64,000 nucleotides of DNA, taken from positions 1,128-65,127 of the forward strand of contig JBAZTM010000008.1 in assembly GCA_041661925.1 (NCBI GenBank), in the 5' to 3' direction. The notes below the pieces were generated by a model that was not told the DNA's origin, did not search any database, and saw only the letters and a list, made by a program, of their open reading frames with translations. Positions 20,500 to 29,286 of the stretch are shown here, piece after piece; position 1 is the first letter of the stretch; every line of letters begins with the position of its first letter. The stretch comes from Gemmatimonadaceae bacterium (lineage in GTDB: Bacteria > Gemmatimonadota > Gemmatimonadetes > Gemmatimonadales > Gemmatimonadaceae). The translations under genes were made by a program, and so were the position numbers.

Positions 20500-21087
20500 T
20501 CAGTAGAGTTCGGGTCGGCAGGCCTGGCTGGCGGTAAAGAAGCTGCGCAGGTGCCTGATGTCGTGCTCGGCGTCGCCCGTCATGACCTGCGGCGGGTGGA
20601 GGATCCAGCGCTTGCGCGGAAAATCGAACGCGACCGGGACGATTGGCACGCCGGCGCCGACGGCCACCCAGTAGAAGCCCGTGCGCCAGCGCTGGGTCTT
20701 CTTGCGGGTTCCCTCGGGGGAAATGGCGAGGATGATCTTCTCGCGCGTCTTGAAGTACTCGATGGTCTGGTCGACCACGTTGTTCTTGGAGAAGCGGTCG
20801 ACGGGGATGCCGCCGAGCCAGCGGAAGATGAACCCGAACGGCGGCCTGAAGAGCGTGTCCTTGCCCAGGAAGGTGCCGCGGAGGCCGAGGGCGAACATCG
20901 CCATGATGCCAATGGGGAAGTCCCAATTGGACGTGTGCGGCGCGACGATGAGGACGAACTGGCGGAGGTTGGGGAGCTGACCCTCAAAGCGCCACCCCGT
21001 CCCCAGCATGCACAACGAGGCGACGGCCTTCGTGAAGAGGTTGCCGCGGCGGTGGATACTGTCGCCGACTGGAGGGATCAGGGCCAC
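20500..21087 (-). CDS. Lysophospholipid (1-acyl-sn-glycerol-3-phosphate-type) acyltransferase
   Basis: HTSNWD (HX4D) and PEGTRKK motifs. The start is uncertain. I chose GTG 21087 because the upstream part of ORF 20500..21243 is occupied by a G-rich repeat. Confidence 0.75.
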   Translation of the reverse strand: MALIPPVGDSIHRRGNLFTKAVASLCMLGTGWRFEGQLPNLRQFVLIVAPHTSNWDFPIGIMAMFALGLRGTFLGKDTLFRPPFGFIFRWLGGIPVDRFSKNNVVDQTIEYFKTREKIILAISPEGTRKKTQRWRTGFYWVAVGAGVPIVPVAFDFPRKRWILHPPQVMTGDAEHDIRHLRSFFTASQACRPELY

Positions 21088-21090
21088 GAC

Positions 21091-21135
21091 AGGGGTGGGG
21101 AAGGGTGCCGGGTGTGGTGCAGGGGAAGGGGCGGA
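21091..21135 (+). repeat. G-rich dispersed repeat (GGTGTGGTGCAGGGG family)
   Basis: GGGGTGGGGAAGGGTGCCGGGTGTGGTGCAGGGGAAGGGGCGG. It shares its core with 53611-53695 and 57806-57868. Confidence 0.65.
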
Positions 21136-21296
21136 GCGAGCGCAGCGCGACGGAAGCTCGCTGAACGACGTGCGGTCGGCAAGGCGCCTCTGCTGCTGGC
21201 CGCGCACGCGCGCAGCATGCCTTCGCACCGCGTGTGGCGTCAACCATAATTAGTGACGTCATCGCCGTTGAGTCGGCTTGTCCCTGAGGAGGCTCC

Positions 21297-22337
21297 ATGC
21301 TGTTCCGCTTCGCGGCCCGCGCCATCCCATCGCTGCTCATTCTCTCGAGCGTCGCGATTGCCCAGGCCGACACGTCACTCATCGCCGTCGGCGCCAAACT
21401 CGAGCGTGTCTTCTGCTGCGGCGTCTTCCTCGAAGGCCCGGCGGCGGCACCCGACGGCTCGATCTACTTCACGGATATCACCGCGACGTACAACTACGTG
21501 GGCCGGCCGCTCGAGCAGCAGGGTGGCGTGATTCGCCGGTATGACCCCAAGACCGGCAAGACGACGGTTTTTCAGTCACCGAGCGCGATGGCCACGGGGC
21601 TCGAGTTCGCGCCGAATGGCCAGATGTACATCACGCATGCGGCCCACCTCGGCACCCGGCTGGTCACGCGCATCGATCTCGCGACGGGGCTGGGCTACGT
21701 CGCCGCGTACCGCTACAACGGCCGGCCGTACAATTCGCCGAACGACCTCGCCGCGGACCATCAGGGGCGCATCTTCTTCTCCGATCCGCGCTACATCGGG
21801 GACGAGGCCATCGACCAACCGGTGCTTGGCGTCTATCGCATCGATACCGACGGCTCGCAGCACCTGATCACGGCCGACCTCGGCAAGCCGAACGGCGTGG
21901 CGCTGTCACCGGACCAGAAGACGTTGTACGTGGCGAGCGTCGGCAAGTCGGAGACCGACCGCATGCCGCAGCCGGTGCCGACGCGCAGTTCACTCGAGGC
22001 CATCGTGGCGTACGACCTGCAGCCGGATGGATCGGTGAAGTTCAACCGGATCGTCGTGGACTATCTGGCCGCACCGGTGCGTCCGGAGAAGAACGGCCCC
22101 GACGGTATCGACACCGACGTGCACGGGAACATCTGGGCCACGCAGGGGGCGTGGAAGGCCGTCGTCGCGTACAGCCCAAGCGGCAAGGAAATCGGGCGCA
22201 TCCCGCTCGAGGAAGGCGCGGCCAACCTCGAGTTTGGGCGCGGCAACGAGGCCGACGTGCTGTACATCACCGGCAAGACCGGACTGTACAGGGTGAAGGT
22301 GAAGGTGCGCGGGTGGCATGCAGGGGAAGGACATTAG
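21297..22337 (+). CDS. SMP-30/gluconolactonase/LRE family protein, secreted
   Basis: Signal peptide. NSPNDLA, PNGVALSPD and GPDGIDTD blocks of the six-bladed propeller. Confidence 0.85.
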   Translation: MLFRFAARAIPSLLILSSVAIAQADTSLIAVGAKLERVFCCGVFLEGPAAAPDGSIYFTDITATYNYVGRPLEQQGGVIRRYDPKTGKTTVFQSPSAMATGLEFAPNGQMYITHAAHLGTRLVTRIDLATGLGYVAAYRYNGRPYNSPNDLAADHQGRIFFSDPRYIGDEAIDQPVLGVYRIDTDGSQHLITADLGKPNGVALSPDQKTLYVASVGKSETDRMPQPVPTRSSLEAIVAYDLQPDGSVKFNRIVVDYLAAPVRPEKNGPDGIDTDVHGNIWATQGAWKAVVAYSPSGKEIGRIPLEEGAANLEFGRGNEADVLYITGKTGLYRVKVKVRGWHAGEGH

Positions 22338-22366
22338 CTTTCACGACGCCTCCTACCGACCAACCA

Positions 22367-23413
22367 ATGCCTCCCATGCTCGCCCGTGCCCTCGCACTGA
22401 TCCTGCTGATCCCCGCCGTGCTTACCGCCCAGCGTCCCACCAGCGCCGCGGACGTCGAGCGCGTGCTCGCGCCACTCGCCGATGATTCGATGGCGGGCCG
22501 AATGACGGCATCGCCCGGCGAGGCAAAGGCCGCGCGCTTCATCGCCGCCGAGATGCAGCGCATCGGGCTCAAGCCGATGGGCGACAGCGGCTGGTTCCAG
22601 CGCGTGCCACTCGCCGCGGTGCCGCTGGCGCAGCCGCGCCGCGGGCGCACGGAACGACTGATGCTGCTGAAGTCATTCGCCGATCGCGACACCTTTCCCG
22701 CGGAGCGCCGCCGCACGGCGGTGAACGTCGTCGGCCTGCTGGAGGGCAGCGATCCACAGCTCAAGAGCGAATACGTCCTCATCACCGCGCACTTCGACCA
22801 CGTGGGCATCGGCGCCGCCCTCAACAGCGATTCGATCTACAACGGTGCGGATGACGACGCGTCGGGTGTCACGACGGCGCTCGAGATCGCCCGCCAGCTC
22901 GCGGAGCGCGCGGCGCCGAAGCGATCAGTGCTCTTCGCCCTCTGGACCGGCGAGGAGATGGGGATGCTCGGCTCGCGATGGTTCATCGAGAACCCCGTGG
23001 TGCCGTTCGGGCAGATCGTCGCCAATCTTGAGATCGAGATGATCGGCCGGCCGGACGCACTCGTGGGTGGCGCGGGAAAGGCGTGGCTCACCGGCTTCGA
23101 GCGCTCGAACATGGGCGAACAGCTCGCGGCCGCGGGAATCCCGATCGTGGCGGACAAGCGTCCGGAGCAGAACTTCTTCGAGCGCAGCGACAACATCGCG
23201 CTCGCACGGCGCGGCGTCGTGGCGCACACGCTCTCGACGTTCAACCTGCACGCGGATTACCACCGGCCGAGCGACGACATGCGGGGGATGGACCTCGAGC
23301 ACATGGCGACCGTGATCAACGCGGCGGCGCGGGCGACGCAGATCCTCGCCGACGGGCCGAAACCGGCGTGGAAGCCGGGCGGGCAGCCGGCGGCGCCGGA
23401 ACAGCGGCCGTAA
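22367..23413 (+). CDS. M28 family aminopeptidase, secreted
   Basis: AHFDHVG, NGADDDASG and TGEEMGMLGS metal-ligand blocks. The start is at the MPPMLARALALILLIPAVLTAQ signal peptide. Confidence 0.85.
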   Translation: MPPMLARALALILLIPAVLTAQRPTSAADVERVLAPLADDSMAGRMTASPGEAKAARFIAAEMQRIGLKPMGDSGWFQRVPLAAVPLAQPRRGRTERLMLLKSFADRDTFPAERRRTAVNVVGLLEGSDPQLKSEYVLITAHFDHVGIGAALNSDSIYNGADDDASGVTTALEIARQLAERAAPKRSVLFALWTGEEMGMLGSRWFIENPVVPFGQIVANLEIEMIGRPDALVGGAGKAWLTGFERSNMGEQLAAAGIPIVADKRPEQNFFERSDNIALARRGVVAHTLSTFNLHADYHRPSDDMRGMDLEHMATVINAAARATQILADGPKPAWKPGGQPAAPEQRP

Positions 23414-23499
23414 CGACGAGTGACGCGCACGCTCCGTCGTTCCTCACGCGGGGGATCGCCCTGCCGCAAACGACGTGAGTTCGTCATCGTTCCCGAGCG

Positions 23500-24642
23500 A
23501 TGCCCAAGCTCACCTCTGCACCCTCCCGACTTCACCAAGCGAACCGCGCGCGCGCGTCCCGTCCGCCGCTCGTCCTGTTTGCCACGGGGAGCACCGGCGG
23601 GCACGTGACGCCGGCGCTCGCCGTGGCGGAGGCCCTCAACGCGTCAGGCCAGCCAGTACGGACGGTGTTCTGCGGTCCCGCCGGGGGAGTGGCGGAGCGC
23701 ATGGTCAGCGCCACGGGAGGAGCGTTCGTTCCACTGGAGATCCACCCCCTGCGTGGCGAGGGTGCCGTGCGCTTGTTGCGGGGGATTGCGCGTCTGCCCG
23801 AGGGTGCGCACAGGAGCTTCTGGTTGCTGCGATCGCTGCGTCCCGACCTCGTCGTCGGCACGGGAGCACACACGTCGGGTCCTCTCGTGGCACTCGCCGC
23901 CGTGCAGCGGATTCCCACCCTCATCTTCGAAGCGAACGTGGATGTGGGGTTGGCGAATCGCTGGTTGGGTCCGCTGGTACACGGAGTGGCGGTCGCTTGG
24001 CCGCAAACTCTGGCGTCGTTTCCCGGGCGCGGGTTCGTGTGTGGATGGCCGGTCGGCCGGGCAATTCGAGAGACTCTGCCGCAGGACACTTCCGCGTCGG
24101 ATCGCTTCCATGTCCTCATCTTGGGCGGAAGCGCCGGCGCCTCAGCGCTTGATCGGGCCGTGCGCGATGCGCTCCCGCACGTCGGGTCTCTCTCGCGAAG
24201 TTTGTCCGTGGTCCACCAGGCCTCGTTGGGAGAGGTGGCAGTCCTTCGGGAGCACTACCGTGCAGCGGGAGTCGAAGCCCGCGTGGAGCCGTTCTTTCCA
24301 GACCTGGTGGAGCACTACGTGCGCGCTTCGCTGGTGATCACGCGCGCGGGTGCCACCACCCTCGCGGAACTGGCGGCCGTGGGTCGCCCGGCCATCCTCG
24401 TGCCGTTATCGGCGGCGGGCAATCACCAGCAGTCCAACGCCGCCGCCTGGGAAGATGCGGGATGCGCCCGTTGTATCCAACTCAACGAACTCTCGGGCGA
24501 AGCGCTGGCCGCTTCCGTCCTCGCCCTCGCTCAGGACCGTGCCGCTCTCAAGAGGATGGGCGAAGCGGCCCGGTCGTGGCACCGACCAGACGCGGCCGCA
24601 CGAATCGCCGAGTGGTGTCGCCTCGCCATGCGGATTCAGTAG
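23500..24642 (+). CDS. MurG-like GT28 N-acetylglucosaminyltransferase (paralogue outside any dcw context; Alg13/14 analogue)
   Basis: TGGHVTPALAVAEAL, and ITRAGATTLAELAAVGRPAILVPL...NHQQSNA (MurG donor-binding block). It ends 9 nt upstream of the Alg1-like gene. Confidence 0.85.
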   Translation: MPKLTSAPSRLHQANRARASRPPLVLFATGSTGGHVTPALAVAEALNASGQPVRTVFCGPAGGVAERMVSATGGAFVPLEIHPLRGEGAVRLLRGIARLPEGAHRSFWLLRSLRPDLVVGTGAHTSGPLVALAAVQRIPTLIFEANVDVGLANRWLGPLVHGVAVAWPQTLASFPGRGFVCGWPVGRAIRETLPQDTSASDRFHVLILGGSAGASALDRAVRDALPHVGSLSRSLSVVHQASLGEVAVLREHYRAAGVEARVEPFFPDLVEHYVRASLVITRAGATTLAELAAVGRPAILVPLSAAGNHQQSNAAAWEDAGCARCIQLNELSGEALAASVLALAQDRAALKRMGEAARSWHRPDAAARIAEWCRLAMRIQ

Positions 24643-24651
24643 GCGACCACG

Positions 24652-25842
24652 ATGCGCGCACTGGTTCTCGTCCTCGGCGATTTGGGTCGAAGCCCGCGCA
24701 TGCTGGCTCACGCCGCGGCGCTGCTTCGGGCAGGTCACGAGGTGCATTTGGTTGGCGGGACCCGAACCCCCCTGCCGTACGCGCTACAACGCGCGTCCAG
24801 CCTCAGCGTGCACTCGCTTGACGTGGGAGAGGCCAGCCGCGGCGATGGGCCGGCGGCCAGTCTCGCCACCGGAGTCCGGGGAATACGCCTCGGATGGAGG
24901 ATGGCCCGCGTGCTCCTGCGGGACACCCCGCCGCCTGACCTCATCCTGGTCCAGACTCCGCCTCCGCTCCCGACGCTTCCCGTGGCGATGGCGGCTGCAC
25001 GCCTGCGAGGCGCGAGGCTGCTCGTGGACTGGCACAATCTGGGTTGGACGCTGCTCGCGCTTCGCTTCGGGTCGTCGCATCCACTCGTTCACGTCATGCG
25101 ATGGGCCGAGCACTTCTTCGGTCGGCGCGCCGATGGCCACCTCGCGGTGTCGGCCCTGCTGGCGAGACGCCTGATGACTCTGGGGCTTCGCGACGTGGCG
25201 GTCCTCCACGATGGTCCTTCGGCGGTGCGCCCCTTTCCTCCGGCTCGAAACGACCTGCCAGATGACCCCTTGGTGGTCGTCGCTCCCATGGGATGGACGC
25301 GCGACGACGATCTTCCGCTCCTCGCCGACGCGCTCCGCCAGCTGACGCGCCGCGTGGATTCCGCTCCGGCGCCTCGCCGTGCGCTTCGCCTCCTCGTGAG
25401 TGGAGATGGTCCGCTGCGTGCCGAGTGGGGGCCGAGACTGCGGGCCATCGGAGGTGTCGCGATCCGGGTGGAGACGCCGGACGTCGCGGTGGACGACTAT
25501 CCGAACCTCCTCGCGGGGAGCCACCTCGGGCTCTGCGTCCACCGATCCGCTTCTGGGCTGGACCTGCCGATGAAGATCGTGGAACTACAGACGGTCGGCG
25601 TCCCCGTGCTTGCCCTCGACGACGGCTCCCCACTCGAGGAGATCGTACCGCCGGAGTGTGGGGTAGTCCGCTACGGAACCGCATCCGGCCTGGCGGAGCA
25701 GCTCTATGCTGCGCTTGCCGAGGACCACGATGGATCGGACTTCCTCTCGGGGCTCACGGCACAGGCACGCCGCCACACTCCGGTCTCCTGGGACGACCGC
25801 TGGCCCGGGTTGATGCAGTCCCTCTTGCCCCCAGTGAAGTAG
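24652..25842 (+). CDS. ALG1-like beta-1,4-mannosyltransferase (GT33)
   Basis: Blocks VLGDLGRSPRM, LILVQTPPPLPTLP, LLVDWHNLGW, HPLV, AVLHDGP, SGDGPL and SASGLDLPMKIVE line up with the hallmark blocks of yeast Alg1 as I recall them (VLGDVGHSPRI, ILVQNPPSIPILP, IIDWHNLAY, SSSGLDLPMKILD). Confidence 0.85.
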   Translation: MRALVLVLGDLGRSPRMLAHAAALLRAGHEVHLVGGTRTPLPYALQRASSLSVHSLDVGEASRGDGPAASLATGVRGIRLGWRMARVLLRDTPPPDLILVQTPPPLPTLPVAMAAARLRGARLLVDWHNLGWTLLALRFGSSHPLVHVMRWAEHFFGRRADGHLAVSALLARRLMTLGLRDVAVLHDGPSAVRPFPPARNDLPDDPLVVVAPMGWTRDDDLPLLADALRQLTRRVDSAPAPRRALRLLVSGDGPLRAEWGPRLRAIGGVAIRVETPDVAVDDYPNLLAGSHLGLCVHRSASGLDLPMKIVELQTVGVPVLALDDGSPLEEIVPPECGVVRYGTASGLAEQLYAALAEDHDGSDFLSGLTAQARRHTPVSWDDRWPGLMQSLLPPVK

Positions 25843-25845
25843 CGA

Positions 25846-26904
25846 TCAGGAAGCGGGGCGGGTCTTCGCTTCCATCAGCGCGAGCAGTCCCATCACCACC
25901 GCGCACTGCGCGATCACCGCTGGCGCAGCGTCCCGGCCCACGCGGGCGAGCACGAGCCCGGCCAGCGCCGTCACCAGTGTGCACCCACAGATGAACACGA
26001 GCGTCCGGCGCGGGGAGAGTCCCCGTCGCACGAGTCGATGGGCGAGGTGGCTGGTATCCCCGTGGAAGAGCCAGCGTCGCTCGATCATGCGCAGCCAGAC
26101 GACGCTGACGAGATCGTAGAAGGGGATGGCGAGGATGAGGAGAATGGCGAGGGTCGCGTACGGTGAAGTCGGCGCACCGAGGTCGGGGTCATGACCGACG
26201 ATGCGAAGGGACGTCGTGGCGATGAGGTATCCGATCATCAGCGACCCACCGTCCCCCGCAAAGGTTCGCGCCGGCGGGAGGTTCCAGCGGAGGAACCCGA
26301 CCAGCGATCCGATCAGGGTGGCGAGGAGGAAGAGGGCTTCGTTCACGCGCCACGCCCAGGCGAGCAGCGCAAGCGCGAGCGCGCACAAGAGCGCGACGCT
26401 GCCCATCAAGCCGTCGATGCCGTCAAGCATGTTGAACGCGTTCACCACGGCGAGGATCCAGAGCAGCGCGCACACGGACGCGGCCCACGCGGGAATCCAC
26501 TGCTGAAACAGGGAGAACTCGTGGAGCGTGACCAGCGGCAGGGCCGCGGCAACCTGCGCCAGCAGCTTGGGCACGGCCCCCAGTTCCCTCCGGTCGTCCA
26601 CGACGCCGACGACGAGGAGCAACAGGGCACCGGCGACGACGGCGGCGGCGATCGACCACCCAAAGGTGCCGTCCACCAGCGGGCGGTCGCGCAGGTGCAG
26701 GCCGCCGAGGAGCAAGAGGCCGGTCAGGATACCCGCGGTGATCGCCACGCCCCCCACCACCGGAGTGCTCCGCGCGTGGGTCTTTCGTCCTCCCGGATGG
26801 TCGATGAGCGACCAGCGCCCCGCCCGAGGGATGAGGAGCGGGATGGCGATCCAGGTGACACCAAAGGCCAGGAGCGAGGCCGCACTGGCCATCCAGACTG
26901 TCAA
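25846..26904 (-). CDS. WecA/MraY-family polyprenyl-phosphate HexNAc-1-phosphate transferase (Alg7 analogue)
   Basis: HARSTPVVGG, VVDD, NAFNMLDGIDGL and FAGDGGS motifs in about 10 TM segments. Convergent with the Alg1-like gene, with a gap of only 3 nt. Confidence 0.9.
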   Translation of the reverse strand: MTVWMASAASLLAFGVTWIAIPLLIPRAGRWSLIDHPGGRKTHARSTPVVGGVAITAGILTGLLLLGGLHLRDRPLVDGTFGWSIAAAVVAGALLLLVVGVVDDRRELGAVPKLLAQVAAALPLVTLHEFSLFQQWIPAWAASVCALLWILAVVNAFNMLDGIDGLMGSVALLCALALALLAWAWRVNEALFLLATLIGSLVGFLRWNLPPARTFAGDGGSLMIGYLIATTSLRIVGHDPDLGAPTSPYATLAILLILAIPFYDLVSVVWLRMIERRWLFHGDTSHLAHRLVRRGLSPRRTLVFICGCTLVTALAGLVLARVGRDAAPAVIAQCAVVMGLLALMEAKTRPAS

Positions 26905-27053
26905 AGGCAGTTCCTCTGGTGCATTGCTTCAGGTCAACCTTGGGCGCAGCGCCAATTTTGGATGACCATTCTGGTCGTGAACACGCGGCAAAGCGAATGA
27001 TGCAATAACGTCCACCAAGCTTGCTAGCGACAGTGCGCATCAGCGCCGGGAGG

Positions 27054-27992
27054 TCACGTGCCCGCGCTGAACCGACGCAGAAAATCCCGGTATGCCATGT
27101 CCAGTCCCTCAGCGAGTTCGTGGCGGTGCTTCCATCCGAGGGCATGGAGCCGCGACACATCGAGCAATTTGCGGCGCATGCCGTCAGGCTTCGACGAATC
27201 CCAGACAATTGCGCCGTCATACCCGACGGTCCGGGCGACCATCTCTGTCAGTTCTCGGATCGTCAGGTCCTCGCCGGTGCCGATATTGACGAAATCGCTG
27301 CCGGAGTAATCCTGCATGAGAAAGACACAGGCATCTGCACAGTCGTCGGCATACAAGAACTCCCGCCGTGGCGTACCCGTTCCCCAGACGGTTACCTGGG
27401 TCTTCCCCTGCGTCTTCGCTTCGTGAAAGCGTCGAATCAGCGCCGGCAGGACGTGGCTATTCTGCGGGTGATAGTTGTCGTTGCGTCCGAAGAGGTTCGT
27501 CGGCATCACCGAGATGAAGTCGGTGCCGTATTGCGCGTTGTAGCTTTGGCACAACTTGATTCCGGCGATCTTCGCGGTGGCGTAGGGCGCATTCGTCGGT
27601 TCAAGCTCGCCGGTGAGCAGGTACTCCTCTTTCATCGGCTGCGGTGCGTCTTTGGGATAGATGCACGACGATCCCAGGAACAGGAGTTTCCTCGCGCCGG
27701 AACGATACGCCGCATCAACGACATTCACGGCGATGAGCAGGTTGTTGTAGATGAACTCCGCCGGAAACGCACCGTTCGCATGAATGCCGCCCACCTTCGC
27801 CGCTGCCAGGAACACGTACGCGGGTCGCTCGGCTTCGAAAAATTGGCGCACGTCAGATTGGCACTCGAGGTCCAGTTCCTCGTGCGTGCGCACGACGAGA
27901 TTGCGATAGCCCCGCTCGAGAAGATTTCGCACGATGGCGCTTCCGACGAGCCCGCGATGCCCAGCAACGTATATTTTGTCGTGACGTTCCAT
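27054..27992 (-). CDS. fcl: GDP-L-fucose synthase
   Basis: [15 protein letters not shown] (Rossmann fold), PTNLFG, and a typical Fcl length (312 aa from MERHDK). GC content is visibly lower than in the neighbours (hand counts of about 52-58% on two lines). Confidence 0.9.
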   Translation of the reverse strand: MERHDKIYVAGHRGLVGSAIVRNLLERGYRNLVVRTHEELDLECQSDVRQFFEAERPAYVFLAAAKVGGIHANGAFPAEFIYNNLLIAVNVVDAAYRSGARKLLFLGSSCIYPKDAPQPMKEEYLLTGELEPTNAPYATAKIAGIKLCQSYNAQYGTDFISVMPTNLFGRNDNYHPQNSHVLPALIRRFHEAKTQGKTQVTVWGTGTPRREFLYADDCADACVFLMQDYSGSDFVNIGTGEDLTIRELTEMVARTVGYDGAIVWDSSKPDGMRRKLLDVSRLHALGWKHRHELAEGLDMAYRDFLRRFSAGT

Positions 27993-28092
27993 CCTCTCCC
28001 CATAGCGTGCCCTGCCCCAAGGAACATACTGCACCCTCGTTCACCAGAGACCCTTGGGTTTTTGGACGGCGACAAATATGGTTGACGACTAG

Positions 28093-29286
28093 ATGAGCGC
28101 CATCCCACACGCTTGCCACTCCGCGCCGCGCCTTCGCGTGCTCGTCGTCCAGCCGTCCCTCCAGCCTCCCGGGGGCGGCAATGCCGTCGCCGCCTGGATT
28201 CTCCAGGCCTTGGCGGGCGCGCACGACATTACCGTGTGCAGTTGGCGGCCCGTCGCGCTGGAGTCGGTGAACGCCTACTACGGGACCACGCTTCGGCACG
28301 AGGACGCCACATGGCTCCCGATGCCAGCGGTGCTGCGGCTGCTCGAGGGCGTGCCCCTGCCGGTCGTGCTGCTCAAGTCGTCGCTCCTCTTTCGACGGGC
28401 AAAGAAACTCGTCGGTGATTTCGACGTTGTCATCTGCGGCCATAACGAGACGGACTTCGGGCGACGGACGCTGCAGTACATCCATTATCCGTCGCGACTC
28501 CGGCCCCGTCCGCACGCCGACCTCCGCTGGTATCACGCGTGGACCGGCGCGCTTGCTGCGTACTACGCCCTCTGTGACTGGGTTGCCGACTTCCATGCTG
28601 AACGAGTCGTGGAGGCGACGACCGTCACCAACTCAACCTGGATCGCCGGGCGCATGGTGCAGCTGTACGGCAAGGAGGCCCGCCCGCGGGTCGTTCCTCC
28701 TCCCGTGGAGATGGCGCCCTCGCCGCTCGCCTGGGACGACCGCGAGGACGGGTTCGTCTGCATCGGGCGCATCGCGCCGGAAAAGGAGTTGGAGCGCGTC
28801 ATCGGGATCCTCGCGCGTGTCCGTCAAACGCGCCCGGAAATCCGGCTCCACATCATCGGGAGCCGCGGACCTCAATGGTACGTCCGCCGGGTCGAACGCT
28901 TGGCTCGCGAGGCTGGGGATTGGGTGTACCTCCACTTCGACGTCTCCAGGTCCGACCTGGTCGGGCTCATTCACCAGAATCGCTATGCGATTCACGGCAT
29001 GAGCGAAGAACACTTCGGCATCGCGCCGGCCGAGGCGCTCCTCGGAGGAAGCATCGTCTTCGTTCCCGACGGCGGTGGCCAGGTGGACATCGTGGGGCCG
29101 GAGTACAGACTCCGCTTCGCCTCGGATGAAGAGGCGGTGGACAAGATCGTCGCCGTCCTCGGGAGCGAGCGGGACCAGGCGACGCTGCGCGCGTTCCTCC
29201 GCGACCGGGGCGCCCTGTTCACCCGTGCACGGTTCGAAGTGGCGATCCGCGGCCTCGTTGACGAGGTCTTCAGCGGACGCCAGTGA
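28093..29286 (+). CDS. GT4 glycosyltransferase, ALG11/ALG2-like
   Basis: N-terminal VVQPSLQPPGGGNAV (compare ALG11 HPYCNAGGGGERV) and C-terminal EEHFGIAPAEALLGGSIVFVPDGGGQVDIV (compare the ALG2/ALG11 EHFGI block). Its stop overlaps the lptF GTG (GTGA). Confidence 0.8.
   Translation: MSAIPHACHSAPRLRVLVVQPSLQPPGGGNAVAAWILQALAGAHDITVCSWRPVALESVNAYYGTTLRHEDATWLPMPAVLRLLEGVPLPVVLLKSSLLFRRAKKLVGDFDVVICGHNETDFGRRTLQYIHYPSRLRPRPHADLRWYHAWTGALAAYYALCDWVADFHAERVVEATTVTNSTWIAGRMVQLYGKEARPRVVPPPVEMAPSPLAWDDREDGFVCIGRIAPEKELERVIGILARVRQTRPEIRLHIIGSRGPQWYVRRVERLAREAGDWVYLHFDVSRSDLVGLIHQNRYAIHGMSEEHFGIAPAEALLGGSIVFVPDGGGQVDIVGPEYRLRFASDEEAVDKIVAVLGSERDQATLRAFLRDRGALFTRARFEVAIRGLVDEVFSGRQ

Noticed and set aside
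22151-22366. Upstream start for the M28 peptidase (ORF 22151..23413), overlapping the SMP-30 gene.
   Set aside because: The extension is R/G-rich and overlaps the 3' end of a well-supported gene. A canonical signal peptide starts at ATG 22367.
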